Of a DNA stretch of 64,000 bases, positions 1 to 12,050 are shown in pieces. The notes under the pieces were generated by a model. It had not been told where the DNA came from and did no database searches. It saw nothing but the letters and a program-made list of their open reading frames with translations. The translations under genes and the position numbers were made by a program. Numbering within the stretch: the stretch's first letter is position 1; each line of letters begins with the position of its first letter. The stretch is from Octopus bimaculoides (taxonomy: Eukaryota), in NCBI RefSeq assembly GCF_001194135.2, contig NC_069004.1:31474775-31538774 (forward strand), written 5' to 3'.

Positions 1-626
1 TTAGTCAAGCAAATCGACCCCAGGACTTATTCTTTGGAAGCCTAGTACTTATTCTATCGGTCTGTTTTGCCGAACCACTAAGTTACGGGGGACGTAAACA
101 CTCACAAGGCTTTGGTCGGCCCGATGCTATAGTAGAAGACACTTGCCCAAAGTACCACACAGTGGGACTGAACCCAGAACCATGTGGTTGGTGAGCAAAC
201 TTCTTACCACACAGCCACTCCTGCCCCTTTATACACATATATATATGTGCCTATACACACACACACACACAGGGCTTTCAAACAGTTTCCATCTACCAAA
301 TTCACTCACAAAGCATTAATAAGCTCAAGGCTAACTAGAAAACACTTGAGCCCTTGAAGAAGGCTGAGTGCAGTGAGGTAGAACTGAAGACCAGATAGCG
401 ACAAAGTGAACTTGTTGTTCATACAGCCATGTTTGTGCCTGTGCACACAGACACACACTCTTCTACAGATGTATATACACACACATATTCATATGGTAAT
501 CTATATAGACAGCAGTAGTCATTTATGCGTTGTGGAGTGACTCAGCTTGTAAGTAGTCTCTTCTGGAGACCTGTTCATAGTTGGATGAGTGCAAACACTA
601 GTGTTGTTATACAATCTGAATAGTTT

Positions 627-710
<84 letters not shown>

Positions 711-1039
711 GATGGGGGGCTTCTTTCAGTTTCTGTCTACCAAATCCACTCACAAGGCTTTGATCAGCCCGAGGCCATAGTAAAAGACACTTGCCCAAGG
801 TAGGACTGAACCATGTGGTTGGGAAGCAAGTTTCTTACCACACAACCTGCCAACACACACAAAAACAGACATATAAATATATGCAGGTTGTCTGGTAAGA
901 AGCTTGCACAACCTGTGTGGTTCAGTCCTACTGAGTGGTACCTTGGGCAAGTGTCTTTTACTATGGTCTCGGGCTGATCAAAGCCTTGTGAGTGGATTTG
1001 GTAGACAGAAACTGAAAGAAGCCCATCATATATATATTG

Positions 1040-1395
1040 CCCAGCGTCGCCTTTCTGGCACTTGTGCCTGTGGCATGTGTAAGGACTTTCGAGCAAGATC
1101 ATTGCCAGTGCTCCTGGACTGGCTCTTGTGCGGATGGCACATAAAATACACCATTTTGACCGTGGCCGTTGCCAGTACCGCCTGACTGGCCTTCGTGCCG
1201 GTGGCACGTAAAAAGCACCCACTACACTCTCGGAGTGGTTGGCGTTAGGAAGGGCATCCAGCTGCAGAAACTCTGCCAAATCAGATTGGAGCCTGGTGTA
1301 GCCATCTGGATCACCAGTCCTCAGTCAAATCGTCCAACCCATGCTAGCATGGAAAGCGGATGTTAAACGTTGATGATGATGATGATGATGATGTG
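1040..1395 (+). mobile_element. Interspersed repeat family B (SINE or 5'-truncated RTE 3'UTR) ending in (GAT)n
   Basis: Core gttaggaagggcatccagctgtagaaa...ccaacccatgctagcatggaaagcggacgttaaacgatgatg, repeated at ~15650-15810, 19510-19590, 20030-20300, 27790-27960(-), 28870-29040(-), 32470-32590, 37670-37805, 39275-39335, 59590-59690(-), 61080-61460. Confidence 0.75.
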
Positions 1396-1679
1396 TGTGT
1401 GTGTAAACTGTTCAGATATATATATATATATACATTGTTCAAATTTTCATATTCTCTGCTTAATGTTATCAGCCTGTTAGTATCTAAGAGAGCCTGTCCC
1501 AAAGCGATCATAATAACTGGCTTCTTCTATGTACGTATAAAATGTATTGTGCATACATGTGTGTGTGTGTGTGTGTGTCTCTGTTTAATTGAGCTGATTA
1601 TGAAACTTGTCATCCAGCAGCAAAATGTGAGGTTAATTGTTCTCCTACCCTAGTCACAGAGACCTTTATCTGGATAACA

Positions 1680-2100
1680 ATGATAGAAATGATGGCTGTG
1701 ATGACAATGGTGGTGGTGATGACAATAACTATGGTGATATTGATGGCGGTGACAGTGGGTGTGATTATGGTGAAGGTAGTAATGATGGTGATGGTGGCAG
1801 TGACAGTCGTGATAATAGGGGGTGATGGTGGTGGCAGAGGTAGTTGTAACTGGTGGCGGTGGTGGTGGTGGATGTAACGGTGGTGGTGGTGGTGGTACTT
1901 GTAATGGTGATGATGATGATAACCATGGTGATATCGATGGCATTGGCAGTAATGGTGGTGGTGGTGGTGTCGATGACGGTGATAGTTATGATGATGGCGG
2001 TGTTGATGATGTTAGGTGGTGGTGGTGGTGGTGGTGGTAGTGATGGTGGTGATGGTGGTGATGACGACGATGGTGATGATGATGATAAGAGGTTATAAAA
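1680..2100. repeat. Compound (GGT/GAT)n trinucleotide block; similar blocks at 16225-16505, 31130-31810, 61735-61860, 63435-63800
   Basis: Directly visible; these blocks explain the poly-His/Pro/Val/Met ORFs in the track. Confidence 0.95.
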
Positions 2101-2204
2101 GTGTGGCATTGAAAGAGGTGGTGATGGTAGCAAAGTAGCGATCGATTGTTTTGTTTTCATAACGAATGCAAGAAGATCGATATTGAAGTGGAAATGAGGT
2201 GAGG

Positions 2205-2246
<42 letters not shown>

Positions 2247-2631
2247 NNNNNNNNNNGGGGTCAAAGAAACGCGATAGAGTAAAAAAAAAGAGAGAGAAGA
2301 ATGGATTCATTAATGAATGGAAGAAGAAACAAGCAGATAATTGATTCGACTGGCATATGTCGGATGTAATAAAACAGAGATGAAGAAGGAGGAGTGAGTC
2401 TTGATAAATTTGGAGCAACATATTATCTCACCTCTTCTCTCTTCTATCAATCCATAGATCTATCTATGTACCTATTTATCAATCAATCAATTTATCTACC
2501 TATACCTCTCTTTATTTTCCTTTAGTTCCATCTAACCTGGTTTGCCTGTTGGCGGACAATGTCCGAACTTCGGCCAATCCCTGCCTTTTTTACTATTAAT
2601 ATTATTTTCGGACACAGTGTATCTAATACTA

Positions 2632-2843
2632 CAGGGTGTCCACAAAGTCTGGGTACATGGGGATTAAGACATACTTTAAGAAATCATTATTTCTTATATT
2701 TAATTGTTTATGTTATGATTTTATTTACTCCATGTACCCACATGGTAATTAACACATACTGTAAGAAATTATTATTTTTTATATTTAATTGTTTAAATTG
2801 CGATTTTATTTACTCCATGTACCCAGACCTTGTGGACACCCTG
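2632..2843. mobile_element. Tc1/mariner-type MITE, 212 bp
   Basis: TA|cagggtgtccacaaagtctgggtacatgg ... ccatgtacccagaccttgtggacaccctg|TA; ~29-bp TIRs with TA target duplication. Confidence 0.85.
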
Positions 2844-5800
2844 TACATTATCCTAGGACCCCTTTCCTTTTAGAGGGCTGAGACGAGGGGAGGTTTGGTT
2901 GCTATTTCTACCAAGTTCAACAACCACATGAGAGACCATGTACGTTTACTCACAATTCTCTTTGGCTCTCTTTCACACACACACTGATAAACTGATAATA
3001 TATATAAGATACAGTAAAACTTGTAAATTTAATACACACACACATACACGATGTGAGCTCTAGTTTAGCTCCAGCTGAGCCGTGATCCAACAGAGATCTT
3101 TAAGTCAAAAGGTGATCCAAATAAGACAACCATATTTCTATTATTTAGAATATGGCATATCTAGGATTATTAGTCTTTTCTAAAACCGTTAGTGTTATTT
3201 CAGAGAGATTTGGCTATTATTTCTTGCAGGCCAAACGGTCACGAAGTGGCTTCCACGTGAACTTCTGAAAAGGCCACGTTGGCGAGCGATGTATTTTAAC
3301 CCTAGGTCATCTCTGACCAAGTAGTATGATGGTCAAAGGCATTATTTCACCTCCAATCATCCCAGGTTGGGTTTTTTTCTTTTTCCTTCCATCACTGATA
3401 TAGTATATCTGTGCCTTCTGTTGAAAATAATGAGTATAGTATAATTTGATGGACATTTGGTTGCCGTATCTAAAAGGGAGAAACGGAAAAGGCTCCCACG
3501 TTCGTTGACTATATATATATCATTCGTTTTCGGAACATGGAAACTCGAAGCAAATAAAGCTATTGATAATGGTGTGTAAATATTGGGTTTAAAAACTCTC
3601 TGGATAAAAATGGTGAAGGCTGATCATGGAACTCGAACCCACATCTTCTGCAAACATAACAGACGTTCAACCGTCGGAGAGAAAGAAAGAGGGAAGGATA
3701 GATAAATAGACTGACAGAGAGAGAGAGAGAGAGAGAGAGATGGATAGATGGATAGATAGATGTAACATACATGTATGCTTTTATGCTAAGTTACAATAAA
3801 ACAATTTTACATTAAACTCAAGAATTAGTCAAATACTTTTTGTTAAGTAAATATTTATTATTCTATCACACAAGAATAGTATTGACAGTCACTTCGAAGT
3901 TCCAGTCAGCTAAAGCCATCATCGGACTACACATAGACGATGGATAATGCAATAACCCCGAACAGGACCAAATGAAACTACACACACAGAGACACACCAT
4001 AAGAGATGAGAAATATACAATGAGGTCATGCCACCATCATCACCTCCACCATCAATAGACAAAAAGCAGGCAGGCACGGGTGAGCTGTTGCATTCATTCC
4101 ACAATATAGTCAGGTCAGTTCATCTTAGCCAAAGACATGAAAGAGAATGGAACATCTCGTTCTGTATCAATAAAAAAAAAACAATCCAGACATTGTTGAC
4201 CTTATTGTAAATTCAATTATAGACAACAGGTCACGCGTTTCACATTCGACATCATTATATATATAAACAATTATTATATAAACAATTGCAGCGTGGAAGG
4301 TGTTTATGAGCCATTTAAAATAACACACAAAATCCGTTAGATTATATATATATATATATTATATATATATATATACACTTTATTTAAAAGCAGCAGAAAT
4401 ATAACAAAAGACTGTTACTCGGAGTCATATTTTTGTTATATTTCTGCTGCTTTTAAATAAAGAATATTACTCTACCTCTGGTATTTGAGTACTCTTTTTT
4501 CCACCTTGTTGCANNNNNNNNNNNNNNNNNNNNNNNNNNNNNNNNNNNNNNNNNNNNNNNNNNNNNNNNNNNNNNNNNNNNNNNNNNNNNNNNNNNNNNN
4601 NNNNNNNNNNNNNNNNNNNNNNNNNNNNNNNNNNNNNNNNNNNNNNNNNNNNNNNNNNNNNNNNNNNNNNNNNNNNNNNNNNNNNNNNNNNNNNNNNNNN
4701 NNNNNNNNNNNNNNNNNNNNNNNNNNNNNNNNNNNNNNNNNNNNNNNNNNNNNNNNNNNNNNNNNNNNNNNNNNNNNNNNNNNNNNNNNNNNNNNNNNNN
4801 NNNNNNNNNNNNNNNNNNNNNNNNNNNNNNNNNNNNNNNNNNNNNNNNNNNNNNNNNNNNNNNNNNNNNNNNNNNNNNNNNNNNNNNNNNNNNNNNNNNN
4901 NNNNNNNNNNNNNNNNNNNNNNNNNNNNNNNNNNNNNNNNNNNNNNNNNNNNNNNNNNNNNNNNNNNNNNNNNNNNNNNNNNNNNNNNNNNNNNNNNNNN
5001 NNNNNNNNNNNNNNNNNNNNNNNNNNNNNNNNNNNNNNNNNNNNNNNNNNNNNNNNNNNNNNNNNNNNNNNNNNNNNNNNNNNNNNNNNNNNNNNNNNNN
5101 NNNNNNNNNNNNNNNNNNNNNNNNNNNNNNNNNNNNNNNNNNNNNNNNNNNNNNNNNNNNNNNNNNNNNNNNNNNNNNNNNNNNNNNNNNNNNNNNNNNN
5201 NNACAGACAAACAGATAGATAGATATAGATATAGACAGATAAATAGATAGAGAGAAAGAGATAAATAGACAGAGATAGATAGAGAGAGAGTTATAGACAG
5301 ATAAATAGATAGATAGAGAGAAAGAGAGCGAGATAGATAGATAGATAGATAGATAAACAGGCAGACTGATAGATAGAAAGAGAGAGCGAGATAGATAGAT
5401 ATTACAGTGGTACAAAGTGGGACAGTAGAAAACGAAAAGGTTACAGCGATGGTGGTCAGCTGAGAGAGTTAAATTCACCAAATAAGGTGAAAATTTGGTG
5501 TGCACGTGAGTGCTACAGCTGTAAACAGCGGAGGGAAATAATGATGTATATTCTTTCTAACATAAACACAATGCAAAAAAATGTATTAATAAATTGGGGA
5601 ACAGTCGATTAGATTTACTCCAGTACTTGAACTGAGCTTATCGATTATATCGACTCGTGCATTTGATCTGTACTTATCGAACCCGGAAGGATTGAAGTCA
5701 AAGTCAAACTCGGCCAGATTTGAACTTTGTAATGGTATATTACTAATTGTTTCTTATCAACACAAGGCCACAAATTTGAGGGGACGAGTGGAGTCAATGT

Positions 5801-7820
5801 ATTAATTTCTTGTTTCTATAGCAACACCGACTTTCTGGACACTGATGATCTGGGGCCAATTATAATTTACACTAATGTACAGATGCCTGTACATCATTTA
5901 ATTATTTAAGTAAATCTAACATTTGTTTGATTTAGAATGTCTTGACCAAAGTAACCGTCCCTAGTTCGGAAAACAAAAATCAGAATTTCGAACCAAATCG
6001 TTCCAGAAAATCGATGTGGTACCCTTTATATATGAACTCCGTAAGGGAAAGTTGGCTTCAACAGAATTTGAATTCAGAGCGTAAAGGCAACTTTTTTTTT
6101 TCCAAATAATAATTTCTTTTAGCATCGGAAAAAATTATTTCCTGACATTTCTTCCTGATTTTTACGTTCTCAGTCCAAAACCCCCGTCGCAGTCAACTCT
6201 ACCTTTCATACTTCCGTGATCGATAAAATAAAGTACCACCGATCAAATACTGAAATCGATATCATCGACTAAATCTCCCCCCCCCTCCCTCCACAAATTT
6301 CTGGTCTTCACCTCAGTTTAGAAACCATTAACTACCATTAATGATAATCAATAACTAATAATTCCGTAAAATTCAGAGTCTGTTGACTGTAAAATCGAAG
6401 TGTATCACCACAAACGAGGCCATGGTAAACTAAATGCATTAATAAGAGAAAATAACGTGATTATAAGCGGAAAAATCATGGCCTTATTATCAAGGTCGAT
6501 ACAGTAATAATAGTCACTAATTTTGGCACATGGTCAGCAATTTTCAGGAGAAAAGGAATTGGTCAATACAGTCGACCCTAGCACATGGCTGGTATTTTAT
6601 TTTATCGATACCGGAAAAATGAAAAGCAAAGTTAACCTCAGCAGGATTTGAACTCGGAACATAATGTTCTTTCTGTAATCAGTGTTGACAATTTAGGACA
6701 TAGGGCTAGCAATTTTGATAGGAAAGAAGAGTTAGTCGATATAATCGATCCCGGTATTTGACTGGTACTTTGGTTCTATCGATTTAAAAAATACTTTGGC
6801 GGGATTTGAACTCAGAACATGTCATTTCAGTAATAATAATCCTTTCCACAATAGACACAAGGCCTGAAATTTTGGGAGAGTGGGGTAGTCGATAACATTG
6901 ATCCCAGAGCACAACTGGTACTTAGTTTATTGACCCAGAAAGAATGAAAGGCAAAGTCGACTCCTACAGCATTTGAACTCAGAACGTAAAGACAGACGAA
7001 ATGTCGTTAAGCATTTTGCCCGGCGTTGTGTCTTTTACTTACAGCCCAGGAACCCGACCAATGCTTTGTATGTGAATTTGGTAGGCAGAAACTATGTGGA
7101 AGCATGTCGCGCGTGTGTGTCCGCAAGTGTTGGTTTGTGTACGTGCCCCGTAACTTAGCGGTTCGGAAAAGAGACCAACATAATAAGCACGAGACTTTTA
7201 AACCATAAGTGCTGGGGTCGAATAATTCGACTACAACCTTTCAAGGTGGTGCCCCAGTATGGCCGCAGGAGTGAAATAAAAAAAAAAAGATAACAGATAT
7301 TAAAGACTACATTAACCAATTTGGCCTTGCCTCTGTTTTAAAGACGATAAGGTGCGTTTCCAAAAGGGTTTAGGCTGCTATTTCTAGCAACCATATCGAG
7401 GAGCCTGGCTCGTCTAAGTGGAGTATCTACGATTGGTGTTTGCTATCAATGAATGAGGAAGATGAATGACTTATAAGAGAAGTTACTGCTGTGAATAGTA
7501 GACGAGTTAATAAAGCATGAGAATGTGATTACAAACGGGGTCTGCTGCAGGGAAAAAGAATCGAAGAATGGGAAGGGATTGTCATGGGAGAGTAATCAGA
7601 GGTTGTGTGACTATAAGCGTAGTTACTATAATAGAAAATATATTTTCATTGTAAGTCGTAAACATTAACTGTTAAAATGAAACAAAAATGTGACTAAACG
7701 GAGGGAGTGACTCTAAGCAACATATATATGTGTTGTTCCGAGAGTAAATAAAGAAAAACAATAAACAAATATTTGAACAGGCAGGCAGGTAGATAGATAT
7801 CTACATACATATACACACAG

Positions 7821-7869
<49 letters not shown>

Positions 7870-8481
7870 TGATAGACAGAAACTGTTAGTGGAGTGATAA
7901 TATGGAGCATTCACGACTAATGCCAGGAGATAGAGATGCTGCTGCCAACTCGATGATAGAACAACGACTTTCGAAAGAAATGAGGGTTTATATAGGACAA
8001 ACGGGAACCTGTGTGTGGGTGTGTGTTTAAAAGCGAGATGAACGAAATGAAAGCGGGTGTGGCTAGCGCACATTCTTGCTTCCATCCAGGAATTATCTCA
8101 ATGTTTGTTGCTACTGCAATAATGCCCTTCACTTCTCAATGCATTGAATCTTTTTTTACATANNNNNNNNNNNNNNNNNNNNNNNNNNNNNNNNNNNNNN
8201 NNNNNNNNNNNNNNNNNNNNNNNNNNNNNNNNNNNNNNNNNNNNNNNNNNNNNNNNNNNNNNNNNNNNNNNNNNNNNNNNNNNNNNNNNNNNNNNNNNNN
8301 NNNNNNNNNNNNNNNNNNNNNNNNNNNNNNNNNNNNNNNNNNNNNNNNNNNNNNNNNNNNNNNNNNNNNNNNNNNNNNNNNNNNNNNNNNNNNNNNNNNN
8401 NNNNNNNNNNNNNNNTTGCAAATAATTACTAAGATCATTATTATCATCATCATCATTATTATTATTATTATTATTATTATT

Positions 8482-8700
8482 AGCGCTGGCAGAATTGTTA
8501 GCAGGCCGGGCAAAATGTTTAGCAGTAATTCGTCCGTTTTTACCTTCTAAGTTCAAATTCCGCCGGGGTTGACTTTGCCTTTCATCCTTTCGGGGCCGAC
8601 GAAATAAGCACCAGTTGAACACTGGAGCCGATTACATTGACTTACCCCCCTCCCTCAAAACTGCTGGCCCTGTGCCAAAATTTAGAACCCATTATTGTTA
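8482..8700 (+). mobile_element. tRNA-derived SINE family C (representative)
   Basis: ctggcagaattgttagc...gagttcaaattccgcc...gactttgcctttcatcctttcgggg...aagtaccagtt. Further copies at ~6860-7030(-), 12540-12690(-), 15850-16050, 29980-30220, 30810-30940, 32590-32790, 53650-53980, 55790-55920, 58810-59110. Confidence 0.75.
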
Positions 8701-9642
8701 CTTCGATATTTCCTTCTGAGGCACGGGTTATCGATCCCTTAAGACTTATAATAAAAAAAGAATTAGGAGTGTTGTGATAGTCTATTTTTCCACACACACC
8801 CACGTTTCTTATGACTTAAGCATTGAGTCATGTGTTTTATACACACACAAACGTGTGAGTGTGTCACATTCTCTCACCATTTTCCCCCCTCTCATTCCTT
8901 TCTATCGAAGAGCCTACGCTCAGAAAGTCAAAGACTTTTCCATTATTCCCGAGCGTCAAACTAATACACCTGCTTGCCGTTCCCACACCTGTCTTCGTCT
9001 TTTGCTTTCTGTAAATTGAATTATATATATATCACCCTTCGTTACATTTTAGTGGCGGCGAATTATTTCCTATATATATATATATATATATATATTTCCC
9101 CTTCCATATTTTTAAGAGGTCATGGGCCAATATGTTTTTGGGATCTGACGACACGCCATAAAGCTAAACCCTTTATAGACGGGAAACCTAAGGTAATCCC
9201 ATAAACCGGTCCTCCCCATTTTTAATATATATAAGTAGTATAAAAGATGGCTTCAGAGAATTATGCAGTTATACGAAACGGCTGTAATCACATAGAAAAA
9301 TAATTCTAGTTACACTTCTCACGCCTTCCTACTTTATATCTTCTCAAANNNNNNNNNNNNNNNNNNNNNNNNNNNNNNNNNNNNNNNNNNNNNNNNNNNN
9401 NNNNNNNNNNNNNNNNNNNNNNNNNNNNNNNNNNNNNNNNNNNNNNNNNNNNNNNNNNNNNNNNNNNNNNNNNNNNNNNNNNNNNNNNNNNNNNNNNNNN
9501 NNNNNNNNNNNNNNNNNNNNNNNNNNNNNNNNNNNNNNNNNNNNNNNNNNNNNNNNNNNNNNNNNNNNNNNNNNNNNNNNNNNNNNNNNNNNNNNNNNNN
9601 NNNNNNNNNNNNNNNNNNNNNNNNNNNNNNNNNNNNNNNNNN

Positions 9643-9673
<31 letters not shown>

Positions 9674-10159
9674 CAACGTATATAGGCGCAAACGTCACTG
9701 TGTAGCACCTTGGGCAAGTGTCTTCTACTATGACCTCGGGCCGACCAAAGCCCTATGAGTAGACTGGGTAGATGGGAACTGAAAGAACTGCGCGGCTTAT
9801 ATATATATGTTCGTCCCCCACTGCCGCTTGACAACCAGTGTTGGTATGTTTACATACCCGTAACTTAGCGGTTCGGCAAATAAGTACCAGGATTTAAAAA
9901 CAAAATAAGGACTGGGATCGATTTGTTCGACTAAAATTCTTCAAGGCGGTGCTCCAACATGGCCACAGTCTAATGACTGAAACAAGTAAAAAAAATAATA
10001 AAAGACGTCCATACACCACTGGCACATGGAGCCAACGAGCTCTAAGTAGTCGCCCGAATTTTTAGAAACAGCAGCCAACTTTCCCCTCAAATCACATGTG
10101 TATTGTCTCTGTTCAAAAACAAAAACAAAAGAAGAGCTTTGGACAATGTAGTGCTTGAT

Positions 10160-11235
10160 GTACTTATCGTCATCATCCATGGCCCACACTGTGCCAGATC
10201 CACAGCAACCAACTTCTTCCAATGCAACCTACTTGTTGCATGTCTGAGTCGAAAAATGAAAGGATTTGTCGACCCAGCATCATGTTACACTGTCCTTTGT
10301 TTATCTCGGGCAGCTTCCTTCCATTACGCCTTCAAGTACAGCGGTTCTGATATCCCTTCAGCTCTTGAAATACGTCCAAAACAGCGACGTTTCCTTTGAA
10401 TAACAATTTCCAGAAGTATTGGTTTTGTATCAATCTTGAATGAAATTGTTGGATCTCCTTTCATTATGGCTCCCCAAAGATCCGTCTGTCCAGCCATATC
10501 TCAAATGTTAATTTCTTGTCATCAGTAGAGTTCAGGGCTCTACATTTCGTAGCCACAGAGGGCTACAGACCAGCTGACACTCTTACGAGGTTGTATCTTG
10601 GTTTTAATGTCAACAGATCATCTTTCCAGATGTCGCCAGTCGTTTGTCGTGTTTGGTGCATCGTACCTTAGCTAGCATTCACTCTATTTCCTTGCTGCAA
10701 TTGTTTGTGTCATTTAGTTCTGCATCAAGGTATGCACGTAAAGGAAAACACTGGGTCGATATTGACGTTTCCGATGTCGAGATGACAGTATTAATTGCAC
10801 CATGACTTTGTTTTTGTATTTATCTGCAATCTAGATTCAGCAGAGACCACCTCGACCTGCTTGTCGGCTTTCTGGTGTGGCTAACGAAGCTGTTGCCACC
10901 TGCGTCCTCCTGATTTTAAAATTTCTGTTGTCTGGGATTGCTAATGTCATGACCACCTCACTGGAGATGCTTAAAAAGGTACTGAAAAATAAGGATGCTT
11001 CTTTAGTGGGTTCCGACGAGGAATGATTCGGTCTCACCAGATGCGACCGGAGAATATTTGATGGACTGCGTAGTTTTGCGGTGTTTCTAGAAGAAACATT
11101 GTGAAGCCACGCCCTATTGAATTTACTGCTGTCCCCAGTTTGGTGTATTGAAACTAAGCATTGCCAAAGTACCTATCATTTCTCCCCCACCATTATTAAG
11201 CTCTGGTCCCTGGTTCCTCGGACTCTCCTGGAGCC
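10160..11235 (-). mobile_element. Degenerate RTE-clade LINE (reverse transcriptase plus 3' end), pseudogenised
   Basis: Broken - strand translation gives G(F)RRVRGTRDQ, LFFSTFLSISSEVVM, FKI.GRRWQQLR (decayed YADD), LQINTKTKVM, YLDAELNDTNNCSKEI, KTKI..LVRV..WSVALCGYE, FEIWLDRRI, ending in a gatgatgac tail; multiple stops and frameshifts. Confidence 0.8.
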
Positions 11236-11443
11236 GCTCTCTGTTTTACCTTTTGCTTGTTTCAGTCATTAGACTGCGGCCATGCTGGAGCACCGTCTTA
11301 TAGTTTTCGTTTAATGTATCGACCCCAGTATTTATTTTGCTTTTAAGCTCTGTACTTATTCTACCGATCCCTTTTGTTGAACTGCTAAGTTACGAGGACG
11401 TAAACACACAAACACCGGTTGTCAAGTGGTAGTGGACACACAC

Positions 11444-11509
<66 letters not shown>

Positions 11510-11743
11510 GATGGGCTTCTTTCAGTTTCCGTCTACCAAATCCACTCCCAAGGCTTTGGTCAGCCCGAGGCTATAGCAGAAGACGCTGGCCCGAGGTACC
11601 ACGCAGTAGGGCCTGATCCCAGTACAATGCGGCTGGGAAGCAACTTTCTTACCATTCATTATTAACGCCTGCGCCTTTTCGAAAACATTCTCTCCATCTA
11701 CGTAGTTGTTTAGTCCTTAGAGATAATTCTAATTAGAACCTTC

Positions 11744-12050
11744 TTAATGACGTGAGATATCAATATAATTGTTCTGTAAATAGTGAATTACAAGAGGTCC
11801 CTCGTCTCGGGAACTAAAACGTAGGCACCTGTCTTCTACATGACGCAGACGATGCAGTGCACACGCACCGTGTCTGAAAGATAAAACGAGATGGTCGTGG
11901 CTGGAAAGCCTTCGATCACAGGTTTGCTCGATTACGGCTGACCTCAGATAACATACAACATTATTGGTACCTGCCTTATCAACACCATTAACCCCGCCTC
12001 CATATAAGACGAAATGATGATGTTGATATTTGGGTGAGGTCTCGAACCGA
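11744..12050 (-). CDS. Candidate coding exon of an unidentified gene (about 100 codons, Cys/His-rich)
   Basis: Acceptor atctgtctttcag|CTGTTTTCGG, then an open frame CFRFETSPKYQHHHFVLYGGGVNGVDKAGTNNVVCYLRSAVIEQTCDRRLSSHDHLVLSFRHGACALHRLRHVEDRCLRFSSRDEGPLVIHYLQNNYIDISRH*. Non-repetitive and GC-richer than the flanks; no family recognised. Confidence 0.4.

Noticed and set aside
1637-2421. Poly-His/Pro/Val/Gly ORFs (also 16180-16606, 31588-31825, 63299-63865)
   Set aside because: Translations of GGT/GAT trinucleotide blocks, open in several frames on both strands, with no splice context.
3560-3650. Acceptor-led short frame RCGFEFHDQPSPFLSREFLNPIFTHHYQ* on the - strand (a similar case occurs at ~5520)
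   Set aside because: Too short, no recognisable homology, and no phase-consistent partner exon could be established.
4453-5505. Long ORFs spanning N-runs (also 17745-18767, 25024-26392, 26752-27641, 33570-35545, 41194-41866 and others)
   Set aside because: They stay open only because N codons never give a stop; the flanks are microsatellites.
7880-8000. TATA-like ctatataaa on the - strand followed by ORF 7713-7910
   Set aside because: The ORF runs straight into a microsatellite; a TATA motif alone is uninformative in this AT-rich DNA.
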